Assembly (NCBI RefSeq): GCF_000143415.4
Contig: NW_003314278.1
Span: forward strand, 2,058,362 to 2,122,361
Reading direction: 5' to 3'
Length of the DNA: 64,000 nucleotides
Source: Selaginella moellendorffii
Taxonomy: Eukaryota > Plantae > Lycopodiophyta
Below, in pieces: positions 38,259-50,104 of the stretch (position 1 is its first letter; every line of letters begins with the position of its first letter). The position numbers were made by a program, and so were the translations under genes. The notes beneath the pieces were generated by a model, which worked only from the letters and a program-made list of their open reading frames with translations, was not told the origin of the DNA and searched no databases.

Positions 38259-40399
38259 ACTTAGGAAATTGACTCTGACAAGTCAAATTTAAAAGTTCCA
38301 GAGTGCAAGTGTATATCAATGGGAACTGAGGCTACTTAGGAGTGAGTAGTGGGATTGAGATAGAGGAGATGCCTCTAACGGGTTTAGCAAGAACTAAACT
38401 AATGAAAAGGAAAGAACCACCATAGATGGTCAATCGAGTCTCTATGTCAGAGAGGCTATGCACCGTAGAGGATGGAGAAGGCATGGTGAGCCTTCGGTGT
38501 CATACCATTGACGAATATTGGCCAGATGCTAAAGATGGAAAGGGTAACACATGTTGGTGTTACTTTATAAAAATGGTTTACCATTCGATGAGGACATCAA
38601 ACTTCGTCTATGCTTGGTGGAGTTGTGAGACACAAAATCCCTAGGCCCCAAAGTGGAGCCAAAAGGGCACCACATGGCAATGGCCGAAGCAAAAGCCAAA
38701 CGAACATAACACGTTTGGACTAAAAGCTCCAACTTGAAAAGGTTGAGAGTGGGAGTGGAACTCCTAACAAAGGGCTTAAGGAACAAGCACGAGGTGAGCC
38801 ATGAGTGAGTCTCTAGAAAAGGGGACACAAGAGGACTAAAACATGACACGTGGAAGTGTCCGAGATGGAGTCCGAGGTGGAGTCCGAGATGGAGTCTGAG
38901 GTGGAGTCTGAGATGGAGTCCGAGGTGGAGTCCGAGGTGGACCCGAGATGGACCCAAGATGGACCCGAGATTGAGTTCGAGATGGACCCGAGATGGAGTC
39001 TGAGATGCAAGATGGGAGTCCGAGATGGAGTCCAAGATGGACCGAGATGGAGTCTGAGATGGAGTCCGAGATGGACCTGAGATGGAGTCCGAGATGGACC
39101 TGAGATGGAGTCCGAGATGGACCCGAGGTGAAGTCCGAGATGGACCCGAGATGGAATCCGAGATGGAGTTTGAGAAGGACCCGAGATGGAGTTCAAAGTC
39201 GAGACCGAGACCGAGACCGAGACCAGGACCGAGACCGAGACCGAGACCGGGACCGAGACCGAGACCGAGGCTGAGGCCGAGACCGAGCCCAAGTCCAAGT
39301 CCGAGTCCGAGTCCGAGTCCGAGTCCGAGTCCGAATCCGAGTCCGAGTCCGAGTTCGAGTCCGAGTTCGAGTCCGAGTTCGAGTCCGAGTTTGAGTCTGA
39401 GAGGGTGAAAGCCCAAAGCGTTCATCTCCCAGACCCTGGGGGGGTTTGGTGAGCTCCAAAAGTATAGTAGGGGGAGGACGGCAGTGGAGCCAGTTTGGCC
39501 AGGAAAGGCCAGTTTGGCCCAGGAAGGCTGTACCCAGTGTTGGGTGATGAGTTGCCCACTGGGAAGTCCAAGACTAAAGTGAACACGAACCGATAAGCAG
39601 GGTAGCTTTGTGAAGTGTTCAAGAGCCGGCTTTACTTCCCCCGGGAGATCGATTGGCCGATGCTCCCAGTCCAAGTGTGGGTGGCACTACCTACTTGGAT
39701 ACCTGGCGTGGCTCAATGGAACCTCACTCTAAGCCCATGGCTAGAGCACATAAAGGTGGAAGGCGGGGACAGTACCCATGAGGCTCGCATAGGGCCACGA
39801 TGTTCCGAAATGTTGTCCCAAAGTCCCAGACTATAGAAGGGAAGAGGAGTAGTCCTCTGGAGTAGAGACCAAGGATACAGTCATGTGGCGAGGAAGTCCC
39901 AGAGGACTGTGGGACTTAGTGGTCGGGCCTGTGGGCCTCGATCTAGTGGTAGTGTTGGCGAACACGGCCATGAGCAGAAAGGGACTTGGTGGGGACCGGA
40001 AAAGGGGTATTGGGGAAGGTTATTCCCCATGTCTATGGGCATCCTAAGGATGCTAAGGAGTGGATTTGGGATGATCACTCATGGACGGATGGCCCAGTAT
40101 TGGAGAGACGGGATTGCAATGCAGGTGGTGTTAGACCACCGATGTGACCAAGATGAATGAGCGTGGCCTAGCGTAATAGGCTCATATGTCAGTGGTACCT
40201 TGAGGTGTCGGTTATGGGATTGGACACGTGGAGCACTTGGACCAAGTGCAAAAGTTGAGTGGCATAGATGCCATTCTCGGGGCTAGCAAGCCCTAAGTCC
40301 TGAATGGGACTTATGGAGGTTGTGAATGAGACTCCTCCAGGTGGTCGGAGGTGCAGTTAAGTGACTAAAGTAGAATGGAAAAATTAGTCGCTTACAACT

Positions 40400-40410
40400 T
40401 GGTATCAGAG
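40400..40410 (+). promoter_or_regulatory. PBS (iMet, TGGTATCAGAG) after A LTR2
   Basis: Seen directly, 3 nt after CTTACA. Confidence 0.9.
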
Positions 40411-43400
40411 TTGTTCCTTAGTCTGACTTTTATTGGTGCTCATATATATCACCACTACTGTTGGCATCGGAAGGTCCGAAGAGTGGGCCTATCCTCAAGG
40501 AGTAGCAGGTCGGGAAGACATGGCTCTCCATTACAGTTTATGTGGGAGCTTGTAAACGAGGTGGTGGATAAAAAAGGGCCAATAATGGAATGACTTTGGG
40601 ATCTTGGGAACAGTGCAAGGTTTTCCTCATTGAGTTGAGGATGTGATCCAGATGAGTGTTTGACTTAGAAAATTGGCTAAAGTAATTATTGTAAACAACT
40701 ATAGTTGGGATCACGGGGAAGATAGAGACTCCAAAACGATAAAGGAGTCACAAGATTACCCTCATGAAGTTGAGGCTAGTGTTCATGAATTTGAGACCAG
40801 AATTAATGACCATGGGAGGTCAAATGTGGATGAGGACATAAGTCCTTGGAATGGTAGCTGGGCTACCTTGAATAAATGTTGGAACAACCCAAGGAGTTGG
40901 GGGTGTACTCAGAGGATAAGTTGGTATTCTCGGTCCTAAGGGGCAAAAGGTTGCCCCAAGAGAACAAATCAAGTGTCAGAATCACACTTGCAAAGATGGT
41001 CCTTGTGAGTAGGATTTGAATACAAGAAGTTGTATTCTAGTGAGCTAGCACCTCAAAGGTAGGACCTCATGGGTCATCGGATGACAAAGTCCAAAAAAGT
41101 TGGATGACTCAAATAGAGTCAAGGAATAATCTTAAAGGATTGATGGAAGCATTTGGACTAAGGTGTGTTGTACCCCACGAAGGATGGGGGGGATCATAGG
41201 ATCCAAGGATGAGAATAGAGGGTATCTCATTGATGGCAGAATGTGCTATACTAAAGTCGTGGGAAAGGTGTTCCCCAAAAGAAAGCAACTTTGGCATAGA
41301 GTTGTGTGTGAACACTATGGTGTAGTGTTAACTGATAGTTGGAATGGAAAACGACTATTTTGGTCTTGGCAAAAGACCTAGACACAAGTAAGAACTGTCA
41401 TAGAGGTAGGCTTGTGGAGCCGTTAGTGTGGAAACACTAAATGTGCTAAGGCGTGTTGCCTTGAGGTCAAGTTGGCGAGTTCATGAGAACCCCTTCCAAA
41501 GGAATCCTAATGGAAATGGGAATGGCATAGCCTAAGTTGGAAGGCATGCGGTTAGAGTGTGGAGACCCAAATAATGATGGAGGTGTGAAATCACCAGCAA
41601 TGAGTTGTAAGACTTAACAACTATGAGACAACTAAGCAAAAGGTGCAAAATACCTGGTTAAATTGGTAGAAGGTAACTACCTAAGACTTCTTATGGGGAT
41701 AAGGAAGTTAGATATACCCTTACAAGGGAGAAACTGCTTATGTTGCAAAATAGTAAGTTAATGTCGTAAAGGGAATGCTCATTGCTAAAGAAGGCCATCA
41801 TTGGGACACCCAAACACTAAAAATACTAGGAAATGGTGTTTGGTGTCGCGAGGGCATTAGATAAGGCCCAAGGGACTAAGTCCCTAGTGAACAATGGATA
41901 GAAAGTGCTATCCAAATGTCTAAGGTTTTGGAGATGGGAGAAATTCGTCTACCCGATTTGGACAAAGCCAAAAATGGGATTTTGGCAAGGCTAGTGAGCA
42001 TATAAGTAGCAACGTTAATCCTAGTGTGTGGGATTATAAAGTGAATATGCCCAGATTGAGGAACCACTCCCTAAGCTATTGGGTAAGTTCATTCTTATGA
42101 ATACTTGCTAAGGCATGGTAGAAGGTGCAAAGCTATCCTCCTAATCTAAAAGAGAATAACCAAAAGAAATGTGTGAGGGCAAAAGGCAAGTAGTAAAGGG
42201 ATAAAACCAAACCATAGGAAGCAAAGGGCATAACTTAGGATGGTTATACAAGGTGGGAGTGGAAAATCAAATGGGTGATCGAGTGTGTTGTTGCTAGCAA
42301 CTATATTGCCATGGAGAGTCTAAAGTATGGAATTGTTCATACTAGATCATATGGCAATTAGAAAGCTTGCGAAAGGAGAAGCCTTAGCAAGCTAAGGGAT
42401 AGAGTTCTTTCAAGGTTCCTAAAGATAATTCTAGGTAATGTAGTATTTAGAAAGCCAAGTGTAAATGGTTTGTAAAACGCGCAAAATCAGAGTGGCACAA
42501 CAAAAACATGGTTTTGAAGCTTGCCATAAGGCAATGCTATCAAGGTTAGGGAAGTAGTTCCTGAAGTGTTCAAAGGGATGACTTTGAACGAAAGTCAATG
42601 GTCAAGGACTTTCACACTTATGCATGAAACTATATTACATTAGTCGGATGACTTGCTAAGCGAGAGTGGCAAGTCAGGGGAACCAATCCCCTAGTTGAAG
42701 GTGTTAACTTAAAAAAGGGTGGCCCATAGGGCCAAGCATGGAGGAGTCCATGCATGATCATAAACTTGTCAAGTGAGAGGACTTGGCAATTTGGAGGGAT
42801 TAGGTTCCTAAGCTATGATCTGTAGCGCACTTTGGAAATAAATTGGTGCACCGGCGTGGGGAGTCACACCAGGCATCTAGGGTGATGCCGTCCGTAGATG
42901 CATATACGGAGGTTGGGTTCGAGTCCCAACCCTTTAGTGCTTGGGTTCGTGTCCCAAATCACTAGGGCGTGGTGATGGTTTGGAATATGAAGACACTCAT
43001 TTTTCAATGGTCATGGACTCTCAGTGAGGAGATTGGTTTGGGCACACTGCCAAGCGAGGGATGCCTCGAAGTCGTGATGCACGGTTAGATTGTTTAGTGT
43101 GGCTCGACATATCTAACTTGAACACTTTGGTGCGAGTGGTACCAAGCACGTGGTGAATGAGATGGGGACACCCAGTCTCAGTTGCTACGGACCCTTAGCC
43201 GGAAGGGCTGGCTTGGATGCACTACCAAGTGTGGGGGATGCCCCCGGGGTCATGGTCAACAACTTAAAGGTCTAAAGGAATTAGTACCTATTGGCAAACT
43301 TATTAAGGTGCCAAGGTTAGATCATTAGGTGATCTTATAGCTAAAACAAGGACAAGGTCCTTGTAAAATTAACGGATAAGGTTCCTAGTTCAAAATGTTG

Positions 43401-44341
43401 AATTGAACTATTGATGATACTGTGGCTTGGTCAAAGTGACCAAGTGGGAGGAACACCTAATGGAAATGATCCTTGGCAATGCGATGGCATAGTGAGTCCG
43501 AAGAAAGTAATCTCTATAAAAGACCCATGGGAGGGTCACAAAGTTGGGCTAGGGATAGAGCCCACAGTAGAAAATGCTAAAGAAACTTATTAGGGGTGAA
43601 CATCCTCTGGACTTAGCAAAACAAAGTCTTTGCTGTGGAACTGAAAGGATACCTTGAGAATGGAGGTAGCGATCCGATGTTACTAGGTGCAACAATCAAG
43701 GATAGGAGCAAAAGAATAAAGGCTAAGAAAAGAGCCATGGGAATCGTGGGAAAGAATCCAAAACGCAAAGTTAGTCCAAGAATGCTAATGTATTGGGTGC
43801 TAACAAATTGTGGGAAAGGCAATGTATGTCCAAGGATGGATCCCCAATTGCTCCGATTTGGCAAAAGTGGAAGCTCCAAGGCAAGGAGCGGTAAAGTAGC
43901 CAAATGATAGGGACGTGGACAGCCTTAGCACAAATTAGGATACCTGGAACTTAGTGCCAAAGGTCACACCAAAATGGGAAAGAGGATGATGGTGCCCTCA
44001 AATAGAGAACTTCCAAAGATGGGGAAGGGGAGTTGTACGATATGTGTAATACAAGGTGTCGAAGACACTTAGGAAATTGACTCTAACAAGTCAAATTTAA
44101 AAGTTTCAGAGTGCAAGTTTATATCAATGGGAACTGAGGCTACTTAGGAGTAAGTAGTGGGATTGAGATAGAGGAGGTGCCTTTAACAGGTTTAGCAAGA
44201 ACTAAACCAATAAAAGGGAAAGAACCACCATAGGTGGTCGATCGAGTCTCTATGTCCGACAGGCTATGTGCCTTAGAGGATGGAGAAGGCATGGTGAGCC
44301 TTTAGTGTCATACCATTAACGAATATTGGCTAGGTGCTAAG

Positions 44342-46232
44342 TGTAAGGAACCGACTCCCCGAGATGTCGTAGGCTAAAGGATCCCCGAAAGCATGACCGA
44401 AATGACAAAGAGTTCATCGGATGGGACTGAGTTGAAGATTGAGTCCAAGACCGACTCTGAGACCGAGTTCAAGATAGAGTCCGGGATCGAGCCCAAGGCC
44501 AAATCGGAGACCAAGTTCGAGACCGAGTTCGAGACCGAGTTCGAGATAGAGTCCGAGATCAAAATCAAGTTCGAGACCGAGTTCGAGGTCGAGTCCGAGA
44601 TCGGGTCCAAGATCGGGTCTGAGATCGAGTTCGAAATCGAGTCTGAGACCGAGTCCGAAGTCGGGTCCGAGATCGAGTTTGAGACTAAGTCCAAATACTA
44701 ATACAGGTTAAGGGGTGAAAGCCCAAAGCGTGTGTCTCCCAAAGGGGGGGAAGGGGGGGGGGGGGGGGGGGGGGTTGGGGTCCCTTACGGGGGTCCCAAA
44801 ATTATTTATGGGTTGTGGGGGCCCGGGACCCACCTTTGAGGGACTCTTTCGTGGGGCTTTCCAACTGACTTTAGGGTTGAAACCGGGGGCCAAGGGCCCT
44901 TGGGGGGGATGAACCTGGGGCTTTGGGGGGGTTTTAAGGGGCCCCCCGGGTAATGGTTTAAAGACGCTCCCCCTCCCCAAAAGGGAAATGGATGGGGGGG
45001 CCCCCCCCTTAGGGGAGGGGGGGCCCCCAAATTGGGNNNNNNNNNNNNNNNNNNNNNNNNNNNNNNNNNNNNNNNNNNNNNNNNNNNNNNNNNNNNNNNN
45101 NNNNNNNNNNNNNNNNNNNNNNNNNNNNNNNNNNNNNNNNNNNNNNNNNNNNNNNNNNNNNNNNNNNNNNNNNNNNNNNNNNNNNNNNNNNNNNNNNNNN
45201 NNNNNNNNNNNNNNNNNNNNNNNNNNNNNNNNNNNNNNNNNNNNNNNNNNNNNNNNNNNNNNNNNNNNNNNNNNNNNNNNNNNNNNNNNNNNNNNNNNNN
45301 NNNNNNNNNNNNNNNNNNNNNNNNNNNNNNNNNNNNNNNNNNNNNNNNNNNNNNNNNNNNNNNNNNNNNNNNNNNNNNNNNNNNNNNNNNNNNNNNNNNN
45401 NNNNNNNNNNNNNNNNNNNNNNNNNNNNNNNNNNNNNNNNNNNNNNNNNNNNNNNNNNNNNNNNNNNNNNNNNNNNNNNNNNNNNNNNNNNNNNNNNNNN
45501 NNNNNNNNNNNNNNNNNNNNNNNNNNNNNNNNNTCTTGAAGGAACTCTTCAGTGGTGCTTCCAAACTGACTTGAGGTTGAGACTGGGGCCGAGGGGGCTT
45601 GGGTGGGAGTGAGCATGGGCTTGGGTGGTGCTAGAGGGGCCACCCAGGGAAGTGCTCAAGAGCAGCTCCCACTCCCGATAGGGAAACTGACTGCAGTGCT
45701 CCCAGCTCAAGTGGAGTGGTGCCCCATACTTGAGTACCTTGTGGCTCATTGGTCCTCACTTTTCCTAGGGGTTTGGGCCTTCCCTTCGGGATGGAAGTGG
45801 GGGGGGGAGGGGGAGGAGTAGAGGTACCCATACCGAGCCGATAGGCCACGGTGTTTCACCCCGATGTCCCGAAGCAAGTGTTGCACCCAAGGCTTGGGAT
45901 TTAGAGGGTCCCATGATCAAGTCTTGTTGTACCAAGGGGTGTTAAGAACCTAGAGGCTTGGTGTGTTTGGCTGCTTGTGCTTGCGGGGAGTGTAGCCGAA
46001 CCTTAAGTCTAGTCTAACCCAGGGAGGGGGATTGGGAGAGATTGGGAATATGTGGATGGAAGGCTAACGCTTTGTTGCTCGTGCAGTGAGTAGCTGAAAC
46101 CAAGCAGGACCAAGTAGGAGCTGGTACAATAGGTGAGAACCTAGGCGAGGGAACTTAGCACAAGCCAAGGTAGTGTTGGTCGGATAGATGAGGTAAGCTG
46201 GCAAATTGGAAAGGAAAAATTTGTGGCTTACA
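44342..46232 (+). mobile_element. Family B LTR (probably solo) inserted into an A internal region; spans an assembly gap
   Basis: TGTAAGGAACC...GTGGCTTACA, TSD CTAAG (44337-44341 / 46233-46237). Reverse complement of the B LTRs. Confidence 0.85.
45037..45533. other. Assembly gap (N run), preceded by low-quality sequence after a poly-G run
   Basis: Ns. The stretch 44780-45036 is a homopolymer-inflated version of sequence that reappears after the gap. Confidence 0.97.
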
Positions 46233-48744
46233 CTAAGGATGGAAAGGGTAATACATGTTGGTGTTACTTTATAAAAATGGTTTACAGTTCGATGAGGACA
46301 TCGAACTTCGTCTATGGGTGGTGGAGTTGTGAGACACAAAATCCCTAGGCCCCAAAGTGGAGTTGAGAGGGTGCCACGTGGTAATGGCCGAAGCAAAAGC
46401 CAAACAAGCGTAACATGTTTGGACTAAAAGCTTCGACTTGAAAAGGTCAAGAGTGGGAGTGGAACTCCCAACGAAGTGCTCAAGGAACAAGCACGAGGCA
46501 AGCCATGAGTGAGTCTCCAGAAAAGGGGACACAAGAGGACCAAACCATGACATGTGAAAGTGTCTGAGATGGAGTCTGAGGTGGAGTCCGAGATGGAGTT
46601 TGAGGTGGAGTCCGAGATGGAGTCTAAGGTGGAATCCGAGGTGGAACCGAGATGGGCCCAAGATGGCCCCAAGATTGAGTCTAAGATGGACCTGAGATGG
46701 AGTCCGAGATGGACCCGAGATGGACCCAAGATGGAGTCCAAGATGGACCTGAGATGAAGTCCGAGATGGACCCGAGATGGAGTTTGAGATGGACCCGAGA
46801 TGGAGTCCGAGATGGAGTCTGAGATAGACCCAAGGTGGAGTCTGAGATGGACCCGAAATGGAATCCGAGATGGACCCGAGATGGAGTCTGAGATAGACCC
46901 AAAATGGAATCCAAGATGGAGTCCGAAGTCAAGATCGAGACCAAGACCGAGACCGGGACCGAGACCGGGACCAAGACCGAGACTTGGACCGAGACCGGGA
47001 CCAAGACCGAGACTTGGACCGAGACCGAGCCCAAGCCCGAGTCCAAGTCCGAGTCCGAGTTCGAGTTTGAGTTCGAGTCCGAGTTCAAGTCTGAGAGGGT
47101 GAAAGCCCAAAGCGTTCGTCTCCCAGACCCTGGGGGGTTTGGTGAGCTCCAAAAGTATAGTAGGGGGAGGACTGCAATAGAGCCAGTTTGGCCAGGAAAG
47201 GCCAGTTTGGCCCAGGAAGGCTGTACCCAGTGTTGGGTGATGAGCTGCCCATTGGGAAGTCCAAGACTAAAGTGAACACGGACCGACAAGCGGGGTAGCT
47301 TAGTGAAGTGTTCAAGAGCTGACTCTAGTTCCTCTGGGAGATCGACTAGCCGATGCTCCCAGTCCAAGTGTGGGTGGCACTACCTACTTGGATACCTAGC
47401 GTGGCTCAACAGAACCTCGCTTTAAGCCCATGGCTAGAGCACCCAAAGGTAGAAAGCAGAGAGAGTACCCACGAGGCTTGCGTAAGGCCGCAGTGTTCCG
47501 AAATGTTGCCCCAAAGTCCCAGACTATGAAAAGGAGGAGGAGTCATCCTCTAGTGTAGAGACGAAGGATACAGTCATGTGAGGAGGTAGTCCCAGAGGAC
47601 TGAGGGACTTAGTGGTCGGGCTTGTGGGCCTTGATCCAGTGGCAGTGTTAGTGAACATGGCCATGGACAAAAAGGGACTTGGTGGGGACTGAAAAAGGGA
47701 TATTGGGGAAGGCTAATCCCCATGTCTATGGGCATCCTAAGAATGCTAAGGAGTGGATTGGGGATGATCACTCATGGATGGATGGCCCAGTCTTTGAGAG
47801 ATAGGACTGTGATGTAGATGGTGTTAGACCACGCATGTGACCAAGGTGAAGGGGCATGGCCTTAGTGTAATATGTCGATGGTACTTTGGGGTGTTGGTCA
47901 TGGGATCAGACACATGGAGCACTTGGACCCAGTGCAAAGGTTGAGTGGCAGGGATGCCATTCTCGGGACTAGCAAGCCCAAGTCCAAATTAGGACCTATG
48001 GAGGTTGTGAGTGAGACTCCTCCAAGTGGTCAGAGGTGTGGTTAAGTGATTAAAGTAGAATGGAAAAATTAGTCGCTTACATAATTCTAGCATACAGAAA
48101 TGTGAGAATATTAATTTTGTTTCACTACCACAATCTCTATATTACACGTCTAGTCCTTATTACCCATCCGGGAATGTGGAAACCACTATCATTATTGATA
48201 AAAATGTTCTTGTTACTTCTGAAACAATAATCCAAAGCAAGAGAAAAGAAGAAATGAACAGCACAATGGAAAGCACTAATAAATCCACTCTATAAACCTT
48301 TCAATAGCTTTTATAATCCATTAAATATTATTAAAAAATATAAGTTTTTTATATATATCTTATTTCTTTTGATATATTTTGTCTTTGCAAAGAGTATAAG
48401 TATATATGATATGGACAAATCAAAGAGTTAAATCTATATATGATTTTGGGATTGAAAGGTAATCTTGCAAAAAGGCATATTTGTGTGCCTGTATGCATTT
48501 GCCATTATTATATATGGCAGGCCAGCTATATAAAATAAGGCTATATATTAATTATGTGCTAGTTTTTAGCTTTTGAAACCCTATAGCCACTTGTCTCTCA
48601 TAGTAGGTTGTAATTACTAAGATTGACAATTATGATTCAATATATTGTCATGTTATAATAAAACATCATTCCCAAGATTGAAATATAGTATATTAATTAG
48701 AGAATTTTTATTGCTAGGAAGTTTAATTCTTCTTGTGTGTTGCA

Positions 48745-49293
48745 ATGGTTAGAAAGAAGTTTAACTTTGGTCCCAAAAGCATTTCATATGAGTCTCCACC
48801 TCCATCTCCAATCTCAACTAATAATCCACCTTCACCTCTACATAACAATCTTTCTTTTCATTTTGAGGGTTGTTGTGAGGTTCTTTCATTTGCGACCTTG
48901 AGTGCAACTGAACAAGAATTCCTTCCTTATAATGTTGTTAAAAGAGTTGGATTGCCTCCAATGCTCCAAGAGTGATGTCAATATTTTCTTCAAGATCTTG
49001 CTCCAGATATGGCAGGAGAGCTTAATGTAGATATATATTATTTTCAATATCCTATATGCAACTTTTATTTAAACAAGACAAATAGTTGTATGGGTTTGGT
49101 AAATTTTATTGAAAATTGTCGCAAATGCCCAAGAGCGGGTTTGGAAGGTTTACACGTGTGGATGTATAAGAAAATCAAAAAAGAATTAAAAACACACAAC
49201 TATTATGATTTCATGGTGGAGAACAATATTCCATTAGTGAACACTACATTAGTAAGTGCTAAATATGGGATATTAGGCCACCCTTTAATGTAA
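48745..49293 (+). pseudogene. Tandem paralogue of the small Cys/His ORF, with an in-frame stop
   Basis: ORFs 48733-48975 and 49009-49293 align with 49556-50104 (MLQE*CQ versus MLQERCQ). Confidence 0.75.
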
Positions 49294-49555
49294 TGTGAAA
49301 GTCATACATAGTTTTTTCAAAAGTTTAATTCTTTATGAGTAAAGTGGAGAATTTTATATTTTTGAGAATGATAGTATTTTAGCATATATAAAGATATTAT
49401 TATATATACAAGTGGTTCTGACACTGTTATAATTCTGAAGTTCCATTTTTGAGACTGACAATTTAAACTTTCAAGAACCCTTAGATCTTTTCTTAGTATA
49501 AATACTGACAAAAGATGCTTTCAACATTGAAATTTCAGTTATTTAGAGTATAGGA

Positions 49556-50104
49556 ATGGCTAGGGAAAATGCTATTGCAACTTGCATTTGGCCCCCATGC
49601 ATTTCATATAAGTCTCCACTTCCGTCTCCAACTTATACCAACATTCCACCCTTCCTTCCACACAATAATCGTTGTGAGGCTTTTCCTTTTGTAGCCCCAA
49701 GTGTGACTGAACAAGAGATCCCTCTTCCAGATAATGTTTTAGATGTTGCTACTAAAGATGGATTGCCTCATATGCTTCAAGAGCGATGCCAAATGCTTCT
49801 TCAAGATCTTGCTCCAGATATGGCTGAAACTTTTGAAAGAATAAACACATATTATCTCCAATGTCCCATCTGCTATTTTTATTTAGATAAAACAGAAGGC
49901 TGTATAGGTCTAGAAACTTTTCTAGAACATTGTCACAATTGCCTAAGAACTAGTGTGGAAGATGTGCATAAATGGATGTATAAGAAAATTAAGAAAGAGT
50001 TAAGAAAACACAACCATTATCATTTCATGGTGAGGAACAATATTCCATTAGTAAATACTATATTCACAAGTACTGAATATGGTACTTTGAGGCCATCCTA
50101 CTGA
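49556..50104 (+). CDS. Hypothetical 182-aa protein with a CxxC...HxxC putative zinc-binding motif
   Basis: Intact ATG-to-stop ORF in AT-rich DNA; CPICYFYLDKTEGCIGLETFLEHCHNC; at least two homologous copies in the window. Confidence 0.55.
   Translation: MARENAIATCIWPPCISYKSPLPSPTYTNIPPFLPHNNRCEAFPFVAPSVTEQEIPLPDNVLDVATKDGLPHMLQERCQMLLQDLAPDMAETFERINTYYLQCPICYFYLDKTEGCIGLETFLEHCHNCLRTSVEDVHKWMYKKIKKELRKHNHYHFMVRNNIPLVNTIFTSTEYGTLRPSY

Larger units (their letters stand above)
22069..48081 (+). mobile_element. Outer family A tandem (three-LTR) element hosting nested insertions
   Basis: TSD TAATT at 22064-22068 and 48082-48086. LTR1 = 22069-23233 + 30708-30804 + 37544-38242; short internal 38243-38623; LTR2 = 38624-40396; long internal 40397-46327; LTR3 = 46328-48081. 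Confidence 0.88.

Noticed and set aside
44708-45643. ORFs spanning the N run and an apparent LTR duplication across it
   Set aside because: Artefacts of the gap and of low-quality sequence after poly-G. A hidden full-length B element cannot be excluded but is unsupported.
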